64,000 nucleotides of DNA from NCBI RefSeq assembly GCF_036321535.1, contig NC_087436.1:107820001-107884000 (forward strand), given 5' to 3'. A program made the position numbers and the translations under genes. The notes beneath the pieces were generated by a model, which had not been told where the DNA came from, searched no databases, and saw only the letters and a program-made list of their open reading frames with translations. Positions 23,557-37,109 of this stretch are shown piece after piece. Each line of letters begins with the position of its first letter. Within the stretch, counting starts at the first letter, position 1. This stretch comes from Camelus dromedarius. Its lineage: Eukaryota.

Positions 23557-24198
23557 TACAGTAAAGAGTTTTTCCTTGCTCAAGGAGAGGTCTGGCTTTT
23601 GTGTCTGGCTCTGGGAGGCAACTTCTGAACCTTTGGAATTTCTCAAGTAACAAGAATGTTTTTGCTATTCATGAAGGGCCCCTTGAATCATACCTGAAAG
23701 TCTATGTTAAGAAAGTGACTCAGGATAAACCCCTTGGACCACATGGTATATCAATTAATCACACTTATGTAACGATGCCCAAATAAAAATTCTGGACCCT
23801 GAAGCTCAGGCGATCTCCCCAGATTGGCAGTATTCCATGCATATTGTCAAGCATGCATGTTAGGAGGGTGAGGCATCCTGAAGACAATGGGAGCTTCACG
23901 TTGGGGACCCTCCTAGATCCCACCCTGTGCATCTCATCCTTTGGCTGGTTCTAATTTGTAACCTTTTTTCTGTAATAAATCATATCTGTGAGTCTAATAG
24001 CTTTCAGTGAGTTCTGTGAGGCTTTCTAGGCAGTCATCAAACTTGAGGTTGATTTTGGGAAACTCCTAAACTTGCAGTTGGTGTCAGAAATGAGGTTTGT
24101 TTCATGTGTTTGGGTAGAGTTGGGGTCAGAAGTCTTGGGCAGACTTGGCAGCCTGGAAAATTGTATCCGTAACCTCATAATTGGCTGAACTCCAGGTA
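23557..24198 (+). mobile_element. MER77-like ERV-L LTR, inserted into a MIR
   Basis: 'tacagtaaagagtttttccttgctcaaggagaggtctggc...aaataaaaattctggacc...tgtaataaatc...gctttcagtgagttctgtgag'. MIR core halves lie at 23520-23556 and 24199-24230. Confidence 0.8.
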
Positions 24199-24334
24199 CT
24201 CACAGACTTGTTGTGAAGATTAACTCATTTATTCTACATATGTTTGCACAAACTATGTAGTAGACATGGTGTTTGGCCCTGGAGACATAGCCCTTATGGA
24301 CCACAGAACCCAGGATTAAGTGTAGTCAGGTATG

Positions 24335-24673
24335 TGTAATGGACCAAATGTTTGTATCCCTCCAAAATTCATATGTTAAAATCCTAATCCCCAGTGTGAT
24401 ATTATTAGGAGCTGAGGTCTTTGGGAGGTAACTAGGTCATAAGCCATCATCAGTGGGATTAGTGCCCTTGTAAAAGGGTCCTCAGAGAGCTCTCTCAGCC
24501 TCTTTCTGCCATTTGGGAATACAAGATGGCAATCTGCAATCCAGAAGAAAGCTCTCACCAAAACTCAACCATGCTGGTACTCTGGTCTCAGACTTCCAGC
24601 TGGCGGAACTGTGAGAAACAAGTTTCTGTTGTTCATAAGCCACCCAGTCCATGGGACTTTGTTACAGCAACCC
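24335..24673 (+). mobile_element. MaLR solo LTR (MLT1A0-like)
   Basis: 'tgtaatggaccaaatgtttgtatccctccaaaattcatatgttaaaatcctaatcccc...cagacttccagc...ataagccacccagtcc'. Confidence 0.9.
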
Positions 24674-26429
24674 TTTGGTGTATAACTATAAATATGGGTG
24701 CCATCAGCATCTAGATGATATTTGAATACATGAATATGGATGGGGTTTTAGACAGCCCTGGACTCAAGAAACAAAAGGTTTCTTCAAGCTCAAAGGAAAA
24801 CAAAAGATCTTAGAGTAGCAGAGGCAGATTGTTCCATACCTACTTCTCACCTGGAATTGACAGTGTACAGCTGAAACATTCTATCTGAAGTCATCAAAAT
24901 AGCAACTTATTCCCAACCGGCTAGGGAAAAGAAACTCAAAATTGATACTTCATTAAAATATTTGCAGCAGACAGGAGAAAAAACGTATACAGAAAGAGAA
25001 CTCTTCACAAAGAGTTAATAGGAAATTACTTCTTATTTTTTTGATAAACCACACGTCACTAGATTATGACATACTGCAAGTGCAAATACACCTTTGGCCT
25101 CAGTGATCTTCTAGAGTGAATGCAAACTCCATTTTTAACATTTGAGATGGGCATCTTAGCAAGAACACATTTTCGGAATTTGTCAAATGAGCTTTTCTGC
25201 TTTGAAAGCACTTTAGCATCCATTTCTGATTGCTTTATAAATGTCATGCACAAAAATAAAAGAAATTATTATGTATTTCATACCCAAAACAGTACAATAA
25301 AAAAAAAATGCCTAGAGAAAGGAAGGCATGGGCAACACTTTAGGTAAAATTGATTTTTGCAGATGACTTCATGACTGGGAAGAAATTTAATTGTATCCAT
25401 GCTGTTAGCTCTGTGGTTTCCTAGCACCCATATTGCAAAAGCTTATAATAGGCCTTCAGAGGTCCTTATGCGATGGAGAGAGCTAGCAAGATTTTATTTC
25501 TCAAGATGATAAAGCATGTTCTCCGAGTGATTGCTGGGGAAAATAGATAATTGACTAGAGCGACTCGAGTTGGTATTGTCCTTCCCTCCTTGTCTTCATT
25601 TGTTCCTCTATTATTAAGTAATATTTCAGCCCCAGCCAACAAGTGACCCAAATATGAAAACACTCTCAGGTTTTGTCTTATGCACAAAACAAAACACCTC
25701 TTGACAACTTATCTTTTAGAAAATCAATTGCTGGAGGACAATACTGGCAAAAACCTGTAAATCACTAGATGAAACATCTCTGTCTTTTTGGTGCTGGAAA
25801 AGGTAATGATAACATATATTTTTTAAGAGAAGACTGTGCAATGCAGATTAACCACATTTGCAACAAGCTGAAGCATGACATATGCTAATAAAGACAAAAC
25901 CACTAGCATTTCCCATTTAATTCAGCTTAGTCCTTAACATCGTCAGGAGCACAGGAAGAGTTTGCAGTGAATTGAAGGTCTCTGCTTTGTTATGTGCCGT
26001 CTACTAAACTCTTGAATTGCAGAAATTGTCTTTGTAGGGTTTTCTCTGCTATATGAATTTATACATCTCAATGCACAGATTGGCTGTATTGAACCCAGAT
26101 GATTAAAAGTAGGCAAATATTTAAAATGCACAGAGTGTTATTAGATTAATGTATTTGTTCAACAAATGTTTATAACGGGATTGTATTAAATTCTACATTG
26201 AGAAGACAACTGAAAACCTTAAGTCTGCTAGGATCAGTTTCTCATTGGGGTATGAATTCCCATGGCCTGATTTCATGACCATAGTTGGAGAATTAGAATC
26301 AACAGTTGCTAAAAATAACAGTAGTTTCAATTTGAATAGGTACATTTCACTACATGGATATTATTAAAGCTGATTTTTAATAATTTAAGAAAATTTAAAA
26401 AGTACCGTTGATATACTTAATCATTGCTT

Positions 26430-27815
26430 CTTTTTAGTTTTGATTAACAGATTTTGTTGAAAAGATATATGCTCATGGTAAAAAAAGGAAGAAGAAAAAC
26501 ATAAGCAATGAAAAGGAGGTATCTGTTTTCCCTCGAACCCTCAGATCTCCTGTTCACTTTCAGAGGCCACACTGTCAGTGGTTTATTGTGTCTCCAGAAA
26601 TATTCTTTGCTTATAAAACCATATATAATACATGTGAGGTCTTTTTAAAGTTTTTATTTTGAAATAATTTTAGATTTACTGAAAAGTTGAAAATATAATG
26701 CAGAACATTCATGCATATTTTTTACTAATTTTATCTTATGCTAACAACTTGCAGAAAAATGATACAATTATCACAACTAAAAATTAACATTAGAATAATA
26801 ATAGTAGTAGTAATAATGAATGATATATTTAAATTTCAGTGACCCCCCTGCCCCCAATGTCATTTTTTTCAGGGATCAGGGCACAATCCAAGATCCCATG
26901 TTGCTTTTAGTTGTTGTGTCTCCTTAGTCTCCTCCAATCTGGGACAATTCCTCAGTCTTTCTGTTATTAGTTTTGATGAGTACTAGTCAGTTATTTTAGA
27001 GAATGTCTTTCAATTTGAGTTCATCTGATGTTTCTCAAGATTAGATTGTATTTATATATTTTTCTCAAGAATACCACATCTGTCTGAATCATGAGATGTA
27101 CATGATGTGGATATAAGTATCAATGTTATGCACTGATACTATAAAAATTTAATACAGATTTTAATATATTACACACATCACTTTAGTATTTATTTAACTT
27201 CGAGAGCATTCCATTTCAGCATACCTTTTTCCTTGATGTCTACATAGTATCTAGTTGCACTGTGGGCTGCAATCAGTCTACTATTGTTGAACATTCAGGT
27301 CATTTTTGGTTGGTCATTTTAATTTTAATACTGCCAGAGAGGATATTATTTTAAATGTATTTGTGCATGTTTGTATATATACATGAAGGGTGAATTTCTA
27401 GAAGTGGAATTGCCGGGTCAAACTTGATGTGCATATTAATTTTGATGAATTTGACAAGTTTCCCAACAATTTACATGCCCTCCTTAGCCGTGTAGCGGAG
27501 GGCTTATTTTCCCTATGCGCTGGCTGACACTTTTTGATCGTTGTCAGTAAGAGAAAAGTGATACTTTATTATGACTTTCATTATTTTTATTATGACTTTC
27601 TACTATTATGTCTTATCTGTTAATAAATTATTACAATCTTGTGAGTTTGTTACTCTTGTTCTTTACCCGTTTTGCTATGAGTCACTAGCCTTCTTCATAT
27701 TAAAGAGTTCTTTAAATAATGATGTAATTAACCCATTGTCATCTAGATGCACATGTTTACCTCAGTATTTCATTTGTGTTTTGACTCTTTGTAGTTCTCT
27801 ACTTGTGATGCTTTA
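26430..27815 (-). mobile_element. Old L1ME fragments with a nested L1MC4/5-type 3' end (26642-27110)
   Basis: 'ttttattttgaaataattttagatttactgaaaagttg...tttagttgttgtgtctccttagtctcctccaatctggg' and 'ttctagaagtggaattgccgggtcaaa'. Confidence 0.7.
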
Positions 27816-28386
27816 TTGATTCTTTTAATGGCTGATGAATATTTCTCAGTAAAATATCTGAAATGACTGTATAAAGTTACCCATAGTCATAATATCATAC
27901 AGTTTCTTCCTTTTATATGAATAAAGTTTCTTGTTTAAAGTCCATCATTGAGTTAAAATGTGTAAGATGATTTTAAATGCGTTTTTTTCTTTTTTGCTTT
28001 AAGTCTGAATAGTCATAGCAGTGGCAAAACATCAGTGAAAAGATAACAGCTTTTATCTGTCAAACAGTTTGTCCATTACACCCACGTACACTTTGGGTCA
28101 ATTTACTTACCATTAGGATTAGCTTTGGTTTCAAATCTGTGCTGTGGAGTGAAATGGAATAATGATTACCTACTTGTACATGTATGTGTGTGTCTACATC
28201 TATATATTTAAATATATAAATATTTATGTATTTGTGTTATATTTAAAAGTACAGAAGTCTGAAGTTGACAAATGTTCCCTTATATGAATATCAGATGTTC
28301 CCAGTTTGAAAAAGACCAATAATTTTCTCTGGGAAAATATATACTTTAGGATTGATGTGATTACTGCTCAAAAGGAACTAAAGAGG

Positions 28387-28465
28387 TTTCTTTTCTTTTC
28401 TTTTCTTTTCTTTTCTTTTCTTTTCTTTTCTTTTCTTATCTTATCTTATCTTATCTTATCTTTTC
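28387..28465. repeat. Compound pentanucleotide microsatellite (TTTTC)n(TTATC)n
   Basis: Directly visible. Confidence 0.97.
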
Positions 28466-29234
28466 TGTTTTGCATTCTTCTGAGCTATATGACCTTCCTA
28501 CATCCCACATTCATCAGAGCTCATTTACTTTTGGTATGACAGCTGCCAGATACAGCTGTGGTGGGTTTCTGAACTTGAGGCCAGGAAGCATTTGGTTATT
28601 GAAAGGAAAGATGTGTTGGAACTGCTCGAGTCCTGGACGAGAGTCATTAGATTCAACACTGGACAGTGTCTACCTGGCATGGGAATGTTCACTTCTCATC
28701 TCCAGCCTGTACAGCCTCCCTCACAGCTGAAACCCTTGGCGTGCTCCTGCCTGGAGCCCTGTCCTGGGCTCTGGTACAAGTTCTGAGCTTAGACAAGATA
28801 GAGTGCTCTAGCTCTGACTCAGTTACTCTCAACCTTGGCTGCAACAGTAGGGTAAGGGAACTAGTATTTGGTACTAAAACCCAGGAAGACAAAGCCTGCC
28901 AATTATTCATGGTCTGTAACCAATAAGGCAGTCAGCACCTCCCAGCCACCTCAGAAATTTGGTTAAACTTGATTTCAACATAACACATGTGGTCTGTGGC
29001 AGCAGATAAAATTTCCCAACACTTTTTAGGATATTCTGCCACAGACATCCTCATGCTTCTCTCTGTCCCTACACAGCTGGTTCTGTCCTTTGCCCAGAGA
29101 GTATACATACGAAAAGTCTTTCCTTCACTGGTTCTCAAAGAAACTCACATCAAGCATTTGGTGAGGCTGTGTTGTTTATGGGGAGAGTGTCACTGAGATG
29201 AGTCACATAAAGCGCAATTAACCGTCTGATGTAC

Positions 29235-29365
29235 TCATAATAATCCTGTATTTTATACCTTTAAAATTTTCATGAGAAATGACAACTTTAGGCCCAGAAA
29301 GGTTAAATACACTGACTGAGGTCGTAAGACTAATAAGTGTCAGAGTCAGTATTAAACTATAACAG
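29235..29365 (-). mobile_element. MIR fragment
   Basis: 'aggcccagaaaggttaaatacactgactgaggtcgtaagactaataagtgtcagagtc'. Confidence 0.65.
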
Positions 29366-30294
29366 ACTACCATATATACTATCTGTTACCCATGTGTCTC
29401 TTTCCAATCATCATGTTTCACTATAATGGGACTGAGTAGATGTACATGTATCAATTTATAAAATTAGTTTTGAATAAATGTACAAATGCAATAGCAATCT
29501 GGTTATTTATGCAAACAACACTGACACAGACTCTGAACTCTAATGGAAATCTAAGAGACATCATTTTTTGAGCCATTAGTACATACTCCCTAGGCATACA
29601 GAGCATTTGTGATAGGTTATATCTTAAAAATGAAAGGGAAAAAAATAAAGATGAACTAGGTCACCATATAAAGAGAGATGTGTTTGAGTATTTTACCAGT
29701 CCAAAATCTACTTAATTTATGAAATCTAATAATATTCCAGGTTTAGGTAGAAGCTCTGCCTCTTACGCGTGGCTCGATAAAATATGTCTGTGAGTGTCTA
29801 CCATCATATTGACTCATACATCTCTCCGTGTTAAAATATTTAGAAATTTCATCAGTTTGAGTACTCTGTAATTTTCGAACCTTTCTGTCCTTAACTTTTT
29901 TCTTTGATGAAGTGGTTTTCTCTAGTGTTCCCAAGAAAGTGAAATATTTAATGCTGTTGGTTGATTAATATTATAAACAAATGTAATTTATGTAGAAATG
30001 CACCAGCAAATGGTTCCTGTGCTCATCCTTGCATAAACAACGTGCCTGTTCTATTATGGAATTTTACTTTTCTAAACAGAAGGCGCCCTCAGCCATAGAC
30101 AGCTGTTTCTATAGGATGATAATTAATGTTTTTTCCCCAATATAAGGAATACTTTACATACTTAAATTAAAGATTAGCACAAGGATTCATGATACTTCCT
30201 CATTTTAAACCAACTTTACTGAAACACATTAGATATAGATGAGATAATTATACAATCCAGGGATATCCTGCAGAAAAATGTGTGGCCCTTAAAG

Positions 30295-30461
30295 CAGTAG
30301 TTTTCAACCTCAGAATGCATCAAAATCACCTAGAAGGTCTGTTAAAATATTCAGTCTCTAATTTAGTAGGTGTAGGACTAGGCTTGATAATTTAGGTTTT
30401 TAGTGATTTCCCAGGTGATTCTGATATTCTTGATCCAGTGACCACACTTTGAGGAACACTG
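30295..30461. mobile_element. MER5A (hAT-Charlie MITE)
   Basis: 'cagtagttttcaacct...gcatcaaaatcacct...cccaggtgattctgat...gaccacactttgaggaacactg'. Confidence 0.85.
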
Positions 30462-31149
30462 CTGTAAAATAACGGTGCTGTTTTTCACATAAACACATCA
30501 TATGTCACACATCCAAATGAATGTCTCTAAAATCATACACTTCTTCTGGTAAAGGGGCTGTGCTTGATAATCTCTGGAAAATTTCTCACTTGAAATTGCC
30601 TTGAGGTTCAGTTCATGAACCAGACAAGAAAGCTGTTTCCCTTATTTAAAAGTCACACACTGTATACTGCTTTTTCCTCCCTCTCCTTGTATTTCTGTGG
30701 AGGTGGGAGTGTTACTGAAATACACATTCCCCATCTTTCTGTGTACTCCCTCACTCTCCTGCTAGGTCAGCTCAGGTTCTTGGCTCATTTTCAGTTCCAG
30801 CATCTTAGCTTGAAACTAGCCAGGTCCGTCTTTAATTGAAGGAAGAAAGAGTAGGGAGTCCCACTTGGGCTCAGGTGGCATTCTGATCACCTTAGATGCT
30901 GATAAAGCTGATGTGTTTGGTCTCCGTTTAGTTGTAGAACCCTGGAGTGTAACCAGGATGAGTGATTGAATTTAGACATGAAACCCCACCTTGAACCTTG
31001 AAGCTGGTACTTCATAGGTTTTAATTGGCCTTTTTAAAGGAAAACCAAGAAACTAGCCTTCAATTTTGTTTCACTTTAAATTTCCCTTCCCAGTGTCCTA
31101 TGCTGTGTCCCTCTCTACTTTGAGTGAACAATACTCATGTGAGTGTATA

Positions 31150-32400
31150 TGTTCAATTTATAAATTAGTTATTGAAGTCCTGTCGTGCTAAGGTGCTATA
31201 CCAGGTTCTTCAAGAGCTATAAATGAATTTAACATAGTGTGTGCAAAAACAATTATGTTCAGAGAAGAGACCAAGAACAAAAATAATGCTAAAAATTGGT
31301 GCTATTGGCAGTGTGAGCAGAGAAATCTGGGGGGAGGGGGGAGATCACATGCAATTGATAAGTTAAAGAAAAGATCTCTGTTCGAGACAATGGGATGGGC
31401 ATTGACTGATGGTAAGTCATTGAAAGGATGGGAGCTAGTGGGATTCACAAGGAACCAAGGAAACCATAGACAAAGGTAGAAAGCATGAGACAGATATGAA
31501 GGAGTGCTTTTAGGAGAGTAATTTATGTAAGCCCAGTGTAGGCATTAAGGTAAGAAAAGGAGAAAGAAGGCTGGGGGAGTATGTGGTGGGCGAGAAGGAA
31601 AGGCTCTACCAGCTGCCCGCCCACATGCCGTGCTGTGAGGGATTTAGTAAAAAGACAGTCTGCAGCTCTCTACACCTTCAGAGGCTCCTCAGCTGCAGAG
31701 AATCACCTTATCCAGGGTCACACCAATGCCCTAGGTCAGTGGGTGGGGGTATACAGATGTGAGATCATTTAAGCTTCATGAGGGACAGATTGGCAATGTT
31801 CTCTTGAGAATTCCTTGCTGCCTTGGCTTTGCTTGCTTCACCATTTGACTTCTTCCTCTGCTCCATCCTTCCTCCTTATGAAGATGTTGATCCTTAGCTA
31901 ACATCTTGTGAACTGATAACCTATGTTGTGGAGGACCTTGAGTTCCAGAGTGAGGTAGATATTTGTACTTAGTTCTGCAGACAGTCAGGAATGACCCGAG
32001 TCTATCTTGAAGTCAAGTGATATGCTTGGAGATATATTTTAGGAAAACTAAGTCAGCAAGAGTGTGGGTAGAAGAGATTAAAGGGGAGGAAACTGGAGTA
32101 GTGACAAAGGTGAAAATTTTTGCTATAAACAAAGAGGGTGTAATGAAGGCCTGGAAGATGTTCAAGGAAAAACGGAGGTGAGTATGAGAGATACTGAGAA
32201 AGAAGAATCTGTGAAACTCAGGAATTGGTTGGATATGATAATGACAGTTGAGGGGTGAGGAAAAGGTGGAAGCCAGGTTTTCTCCAAGATTTTCTACTTG
32301 AGGGACTATGAAAATGGTAGGGCCATTAACAAAAATAAGAAAGTCAAAGTAGTATAAGGAATTAGGAAGAAAGATGATCTATGGTTTATGCCTCTTGGTA
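31150..32400 (-). mobile_element. L2 fragments, interrupted by an LTR16C-like LTR
   Basis: Purine-rich L2 antisense motifs ('atgagagatactgagaaagaagaatct...ggaattggttggatatg...ccaagattttctacttg'). Confidence 0.65.
31582..31925 (+). mobile_element. LTR16C-like ERV-L LTR
   Basis: 'cctcagctgcagagaatcaccttatccagggtcacacc...gggggtatac...acttcttcctctgctccatccttcc...gatgttgatcc'. Confidence 0.7.
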
Positions 32401-32654
32401 TATTTCTGTAACTCATGTTTCTGCAGGCCTCCTCTGCATTTGGGAATATAAAAGGCATGCTGACAGTCATAACCAGAATTGCAGCACTGGCCCTCCCTAA
32501 GTCTCCAGATATTTCTGGGCACCACAAGGTCCTGTCATGTTCAGAAGTAGCCTTTTCATGTTCTAGCACTGTGGCCCTCCAAAGAGAAACACATCCCCCA
32601 TCCAAGATGCAGAATTCCAGAGCTCTGGATGCTGCAAACCTATCCAGTGGTGCT

Positions 32655-34322
32655 GATTTGCCATTTTAAACATTGTCATGTGTACAGTTCAGTGGCATTA
32701 TTGTATTCACGGTGTTGTGCAACCATCACCTCTACCTCCCAAACTTTGCTTTTTTAATTAATTTTTTAATTAATTTTAATAGACTTTTTTAGAGCAATTT
32801 TAAGTTCATAGCAAAATTGAATGGGAAGTACAAAATGCACATATATTTCCTCTCCCCACATATGCACGGCCTCCCCAACCATCACCATCCCTCACCAGAG
32901 TGGTTACAATCTAAATTAACATTGACACATCATTATCCGTAGTTTACAGTAGCTTTCACTCTTGGTCTGTGAGTTTTGACAAACGTATACTGACGTTTAT
33001 CCATTATTGTAGTATCATGCAGAGCAGTTTCACTGCCTAAAAGTCCTCTGTGCTCCATCTGTTTATCCTTCTTTCTCCCAGAACCTCTGCCAATCACTTG
33101 GCTTTTTACTGTTTCCATAGTTTTGCCCCTTCCAGAATGTCATACAGTTTGAATCATACAGTATGTAACCTGTTCAGACTGGCTTTTTTCCCTTAGTAGT
33201 ATGCATTTAAAGTTCCTCCATGGCTTTTTGTGTCTCACTTCTTTTTAGCACTGACTAATATTCCATCATATGAATGTAACATAGTTCACCTACTGAAGGG
33301 CTTCTTGATTGCTTCCAAGTGTTGGCAGTTAGAAACAGAGCAGCTATAAACATCTATGTGTCCAGATTTTTTCTGTAGGCAGAAATTTTCAACTCATTTG
33401 GATAAATCCCTGGGAGTGTGTTTTTTGGATCATATGATAAGGGTGTGTTTAGTTTTGTAAGAAAGTGGTAAACTGCCTTCCAAAATGGTTGTACCATTTT
33501 GCATCCCCACCAACAATGAATGGGAGTTCCTGTTGCTACACATCCTTATCAGCTATTGATGTTGTCAGTGTTTTGAATTTTAGGCATTGTAATATGTGTA
33601 TAGTTATTTTAACTTGTAATTGTTTGATGACACATGATATTGGACATCTTTCTGTGCTTACTTGCCGTCTGTAGGTCTTCTCTGTTGAGGTGTCTGTGTT
33701 CAGATCTTTTGCTCATTTTAAAATGGAGTTGTTTATTATTATTATTAGGGAGTTTTAAGGTGACTTTGGACATTTGGATACCAGTCCTTTATCACGTATG
33801 TATTTTGCCGTGTTTCTCCTAATCTATGACTTGGGTCATGTAGCGTCTTCTTCACCCACAAATAGAGATTCTATAATCATTATGCAAAAACTTCCCAGCC
33901 CCTGGTGACCTCAAATTTACACTATTTCTCTTAATTTTCCTATTCTAGGTGTTTCATGAAATTTAGAATCATGTAATATGTGTTCTTTTGTGTCTGGTTT
34001 ATTTCACTTATCATAATGTTCTTACGGTTGATCCATGTTGAAGCATGTATCATATTGTAATTCATTTTTATGGCATGTAGAGATATAGAGAATTGTATTA
34101 TCCATTCATCTGTAGATGGACACTTGGATTGTTTACACCTTTGGCTACTGGAAATAATGCTACAGGGAATAATGCTGCCATGAATGTGGAAATGTCTGAG
34201 TTCCTCTTTTTAATTCTTTTGGTTATTTACTTAGGAGTAGAATTGCGGAGTCATGGTAATTCTGTGTTTAGCTTTTTGAGAAACTGCCAAACTCTTTTCC
34301 ACAGAAGCTGCACCATTTTACC
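32655..34322 (-). mobile_element. L1MB-type 3' region (32655-32749 and 33841-34322) split by an L1MC1-type insertion
   Basis: 'tgtacagttcagtggcatta...gttgtgcaaccatcacc' resumes as 'ttcttcacccacaaatagag...cccagcccctggtgacc'. Confidence 0.75.
32750..33840 (-). mobile_element. L1MC1/2-type 3'UTR + ORF2 end
   Basis: 'aatagacttttttagagcaattttaagttcatagcaaaattg...cattgacacatcattatc...gtttcactgcctaaaagtcctctgtgctcc'. Confidence 0.88.
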
Positions 34323-34629
34323 GAAATCTTTTTGTTTATTCACGTGAACGTTCTATGATAATACTCTCCCCTCCACTCTGCGGACTCCTTTGTCAGTGTG
34401 GACCCTGAAGGAGCATGCTGTAGCCATCGACCTCAAAGGCTCCCTCTTGGCATCTGTCCCTCCATATGTCTCAGACCTAGTTCACAAGACAGTTGGGGAA
34501 CAATGGCTGGTTTTGAATCTGCCATTTTTGAACCGGTGAACATTCTGATGCTGCTATTTCAAACTAAGTTAGCTTTAATTGTGCTTTTAGGAATATAACT
34601 ACTTTAATTGACATTTTGTATTTATTTGG

Positions 34630-35170
34630 TATATTTATTTTCCTGCCTGCTCTAGCAGACACTCTACAGCAGTAAGAAAAAGGCAGTGAACAAAGTTTTT
34701 TCAATTGTGGAGCTTATGGTCCACTATGAGGAGGCAGAAGATAAACACATTTTTAAAAAAGAGCAAGACAATTTTAGGTTGGGGTTATACTGGAAAGAAT
34801 GATGCCATAGAGAGAAACTTAGTAAGAAACTCTTATGGATAGGGTAGCCAGTGAACACCTGTCTGAAGTGATTGTTGAAATGAGACTTGAAGAATGCGAG
34901 AGGGTCAGCCATGTGAAGAAAAGGTGATAGGAGGATATTTTGAGGCTTAAAGGGCAGCAAAGGCCAAGTCTTTAAAGTGGGAGAGATCTTGGCATGATGG
35001 AGACATGTGAAAGGCAGTGGAGAGAATCACAGTGAACAAATAAAGAGGCACAAAAAGAGTTAGGGAGACATGCAAGAGACCATGTAGCATCAACACCTCA
35101 GACTTGGCAGCAGTTTGCAGTTCATTCTAAGGCCAAGTAGAAGGTTTGGAGAGGACGATAACCTGATGAA
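34630..35170 (-). mobile_element. L2 fragment
   Basis: 'gcagtgaacaaag...tggagcttatgg...tgagacttgaagaatgcgagagggtcagccatgtgaaga'. Confidence 0.75.
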
Positions 35171-35549
35171 ATTCCAATCTGATGTGTTCTCAGTTCTGAT
35201 TCTTCTTTCTTTATATTCAGGATGCTAGCCATGCCCAGGATGGTCTCACAGTCTGGGACACTCACAGAAGAAGCTCATAGGGCTTTATTTGGCTTTTCTC
35301 TCTCCTTTTCCTTGAGAATTGAAAGGGTGTTTGAGGGTGTTGTTCCTGATCCAGTGTCAAAAAAACACTGAAAGTTTGTGGTCTCAGAAATCATTGTGTT
35401 CCTTCCCCAGAAGACCTCTTCCACAATTCCAAGGCACTAGAACCAAATAGGACCAATCAGGTTGTCTTTAACATTGATTTCGAATTGGGATTCGGGACTT
35501 GTAGCCAACTAGCTGTAAATATGAGTGAGGCTGAGGTGGTGCTGGCCCT

Positions 35550-35778
35550 GTGTGGTGTATGTGTGTGTGTGTGTATGTCACACACACACACACATATACA
35601 TGCTTCTACCTTTAAAAAAAGTAATTATATAATATTATACCAACATCAAGAGAAGTTAAGAAAGAAAATAAAACTATTAGTTTCAATACTTTAATATATT
35701 CTTATCATGATATATATATGTATATAGTGATGTATATGAATGGTGTGTGTATATATATATATACACACACACACACAT
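35550..35778. repeat. (TG)n(CA)n ... (TG)(TA)(CA)n microsatellite complex containing an inserted 107-bp segment
   Basis: Directly visible. See findings. Confidence 0.85.
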
Positions 35779-36995
35779 AATTTCAGAGAAGGAGAGAGAA
35801 GGAGTGGAAGGGAGGCAGGGAAGGAAAGAAGAGAAGAGGAAGAATGAAATGGTTGGGGCAGAGCCAATGTTGAACGCTAATGAAGGAAAGACTGGGCCCA
35901 CACTCTTATGTAACCGGCTCCACTTCTTAAAACTGAGGCGGCCTGTCTGCTTTTACTTTTCACGAGCCATCTCTGTGACTCACCAATAGTTCTGCAGTTT
36001 TACTTAAAGTAATTTAGTGGGTTTCTTTTACTTAGTATCTTAAAGGGAAGAGGCCAAGGGAAAAGCATGATTGGAGTGGAATAGCATGAAGGCAGTTTTA
36101 CTGGGGACATTTTTATGCATAAAACTTAGGCCTTGGCACACTCAGGGGAAAGAAAAAGGAAAGACTGTCATATGGCATCAGCAGGTCCCCGTATTTAGGA
36201 TTGTCTCCTGCTTAATTCACTGCCTGTCTGAACTCCCCTTTTTTCTGAACATAAATTAGAAAAAGAGACAGAAAACAAAGAGGGGATGAAAGCAAGGTCT
36301 CCTCCCTGGCAGGCCTTTGTGTGCCCACGAACAGTCCCTTTTAGTGGCAAGTGCAGCATTTCCCTTCTCTCCTGTGTGCTGCCGTTATGGCACCAAATTG
36401 CCACCTGGTGTGCAGGTTACTGTTTTGTGCTCATAGTTGGAACTTACAAGGACTCTATTTTTCATGTTCAGTTTAGAGTTTGAAATGACATGATTCACCT
36501 CCCTTTGGAAAAGTTAGAGAACAAAACCTTCCATAATCAGATGACAGATTTGGCTTCTCCCGCGACAGCCCCCTGTTATTCCACGAGTAACGTAAACGGT
36601 TCTGTGGCATGTACGCGTGTGACTGCATGTGGCCATTCTTTTTTCATACTTAGAGCCAGAGAAGGAGTCATTGACCCCAACTCTCGGTCCTGAGACATCG
36701 TTGTCATGGGAATAACCCGAGCAGGGAGCATTACTGACACTTTGATCTGGAAACAAGATTGATGATAAAGTTATATTGTACAGATGTAAAGGAGATCTGA
36801 TTTATGGAGCAATCATGTATTTCAGAACGCACGTGCCCTAGGTACAAGGTAACTTGAGTTTGGGGGGAAATCTTACATACATATATTGCTTCTACCTTTT
36901 AAGAAAGTAATTATATAATGTTACACCAACATCAAGAGAAGTTAAAAAAGAAAGAAAATTACTACTAGTTTCAATACCTTAACAAATTCTTATCA
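35601..36995 (+). repeat. Dispersed direct repeat: 35601-35707 and 36887-36995
   Basis: 'tgcttctacc...gtaattatataat...ccaacatcaagagaagtt...tagtttcaatac...ttcttatca' occurs in both copies. About 88% identity by hand alignment. Confidence 0.92.
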
Positions 36996-37109
36996 CTGTC
37001 TGTGTTCTCCGCCAGTAATCGTACAGTAAGATTTTAAAGTTTTTAAGTGAATAGCACACAGCAAATACTTCTTACCGTTAGTGTTATGTGTGTGGTTACT
37101 TCTTTTTAT

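Noticed and set aside
28306..28539. Hydrophobic 'FLFFSFLFFS' ORF resembling a membrane peptide
   Set aside because: Translation of the (TTTTC)n(TTATC)n microsatellite.
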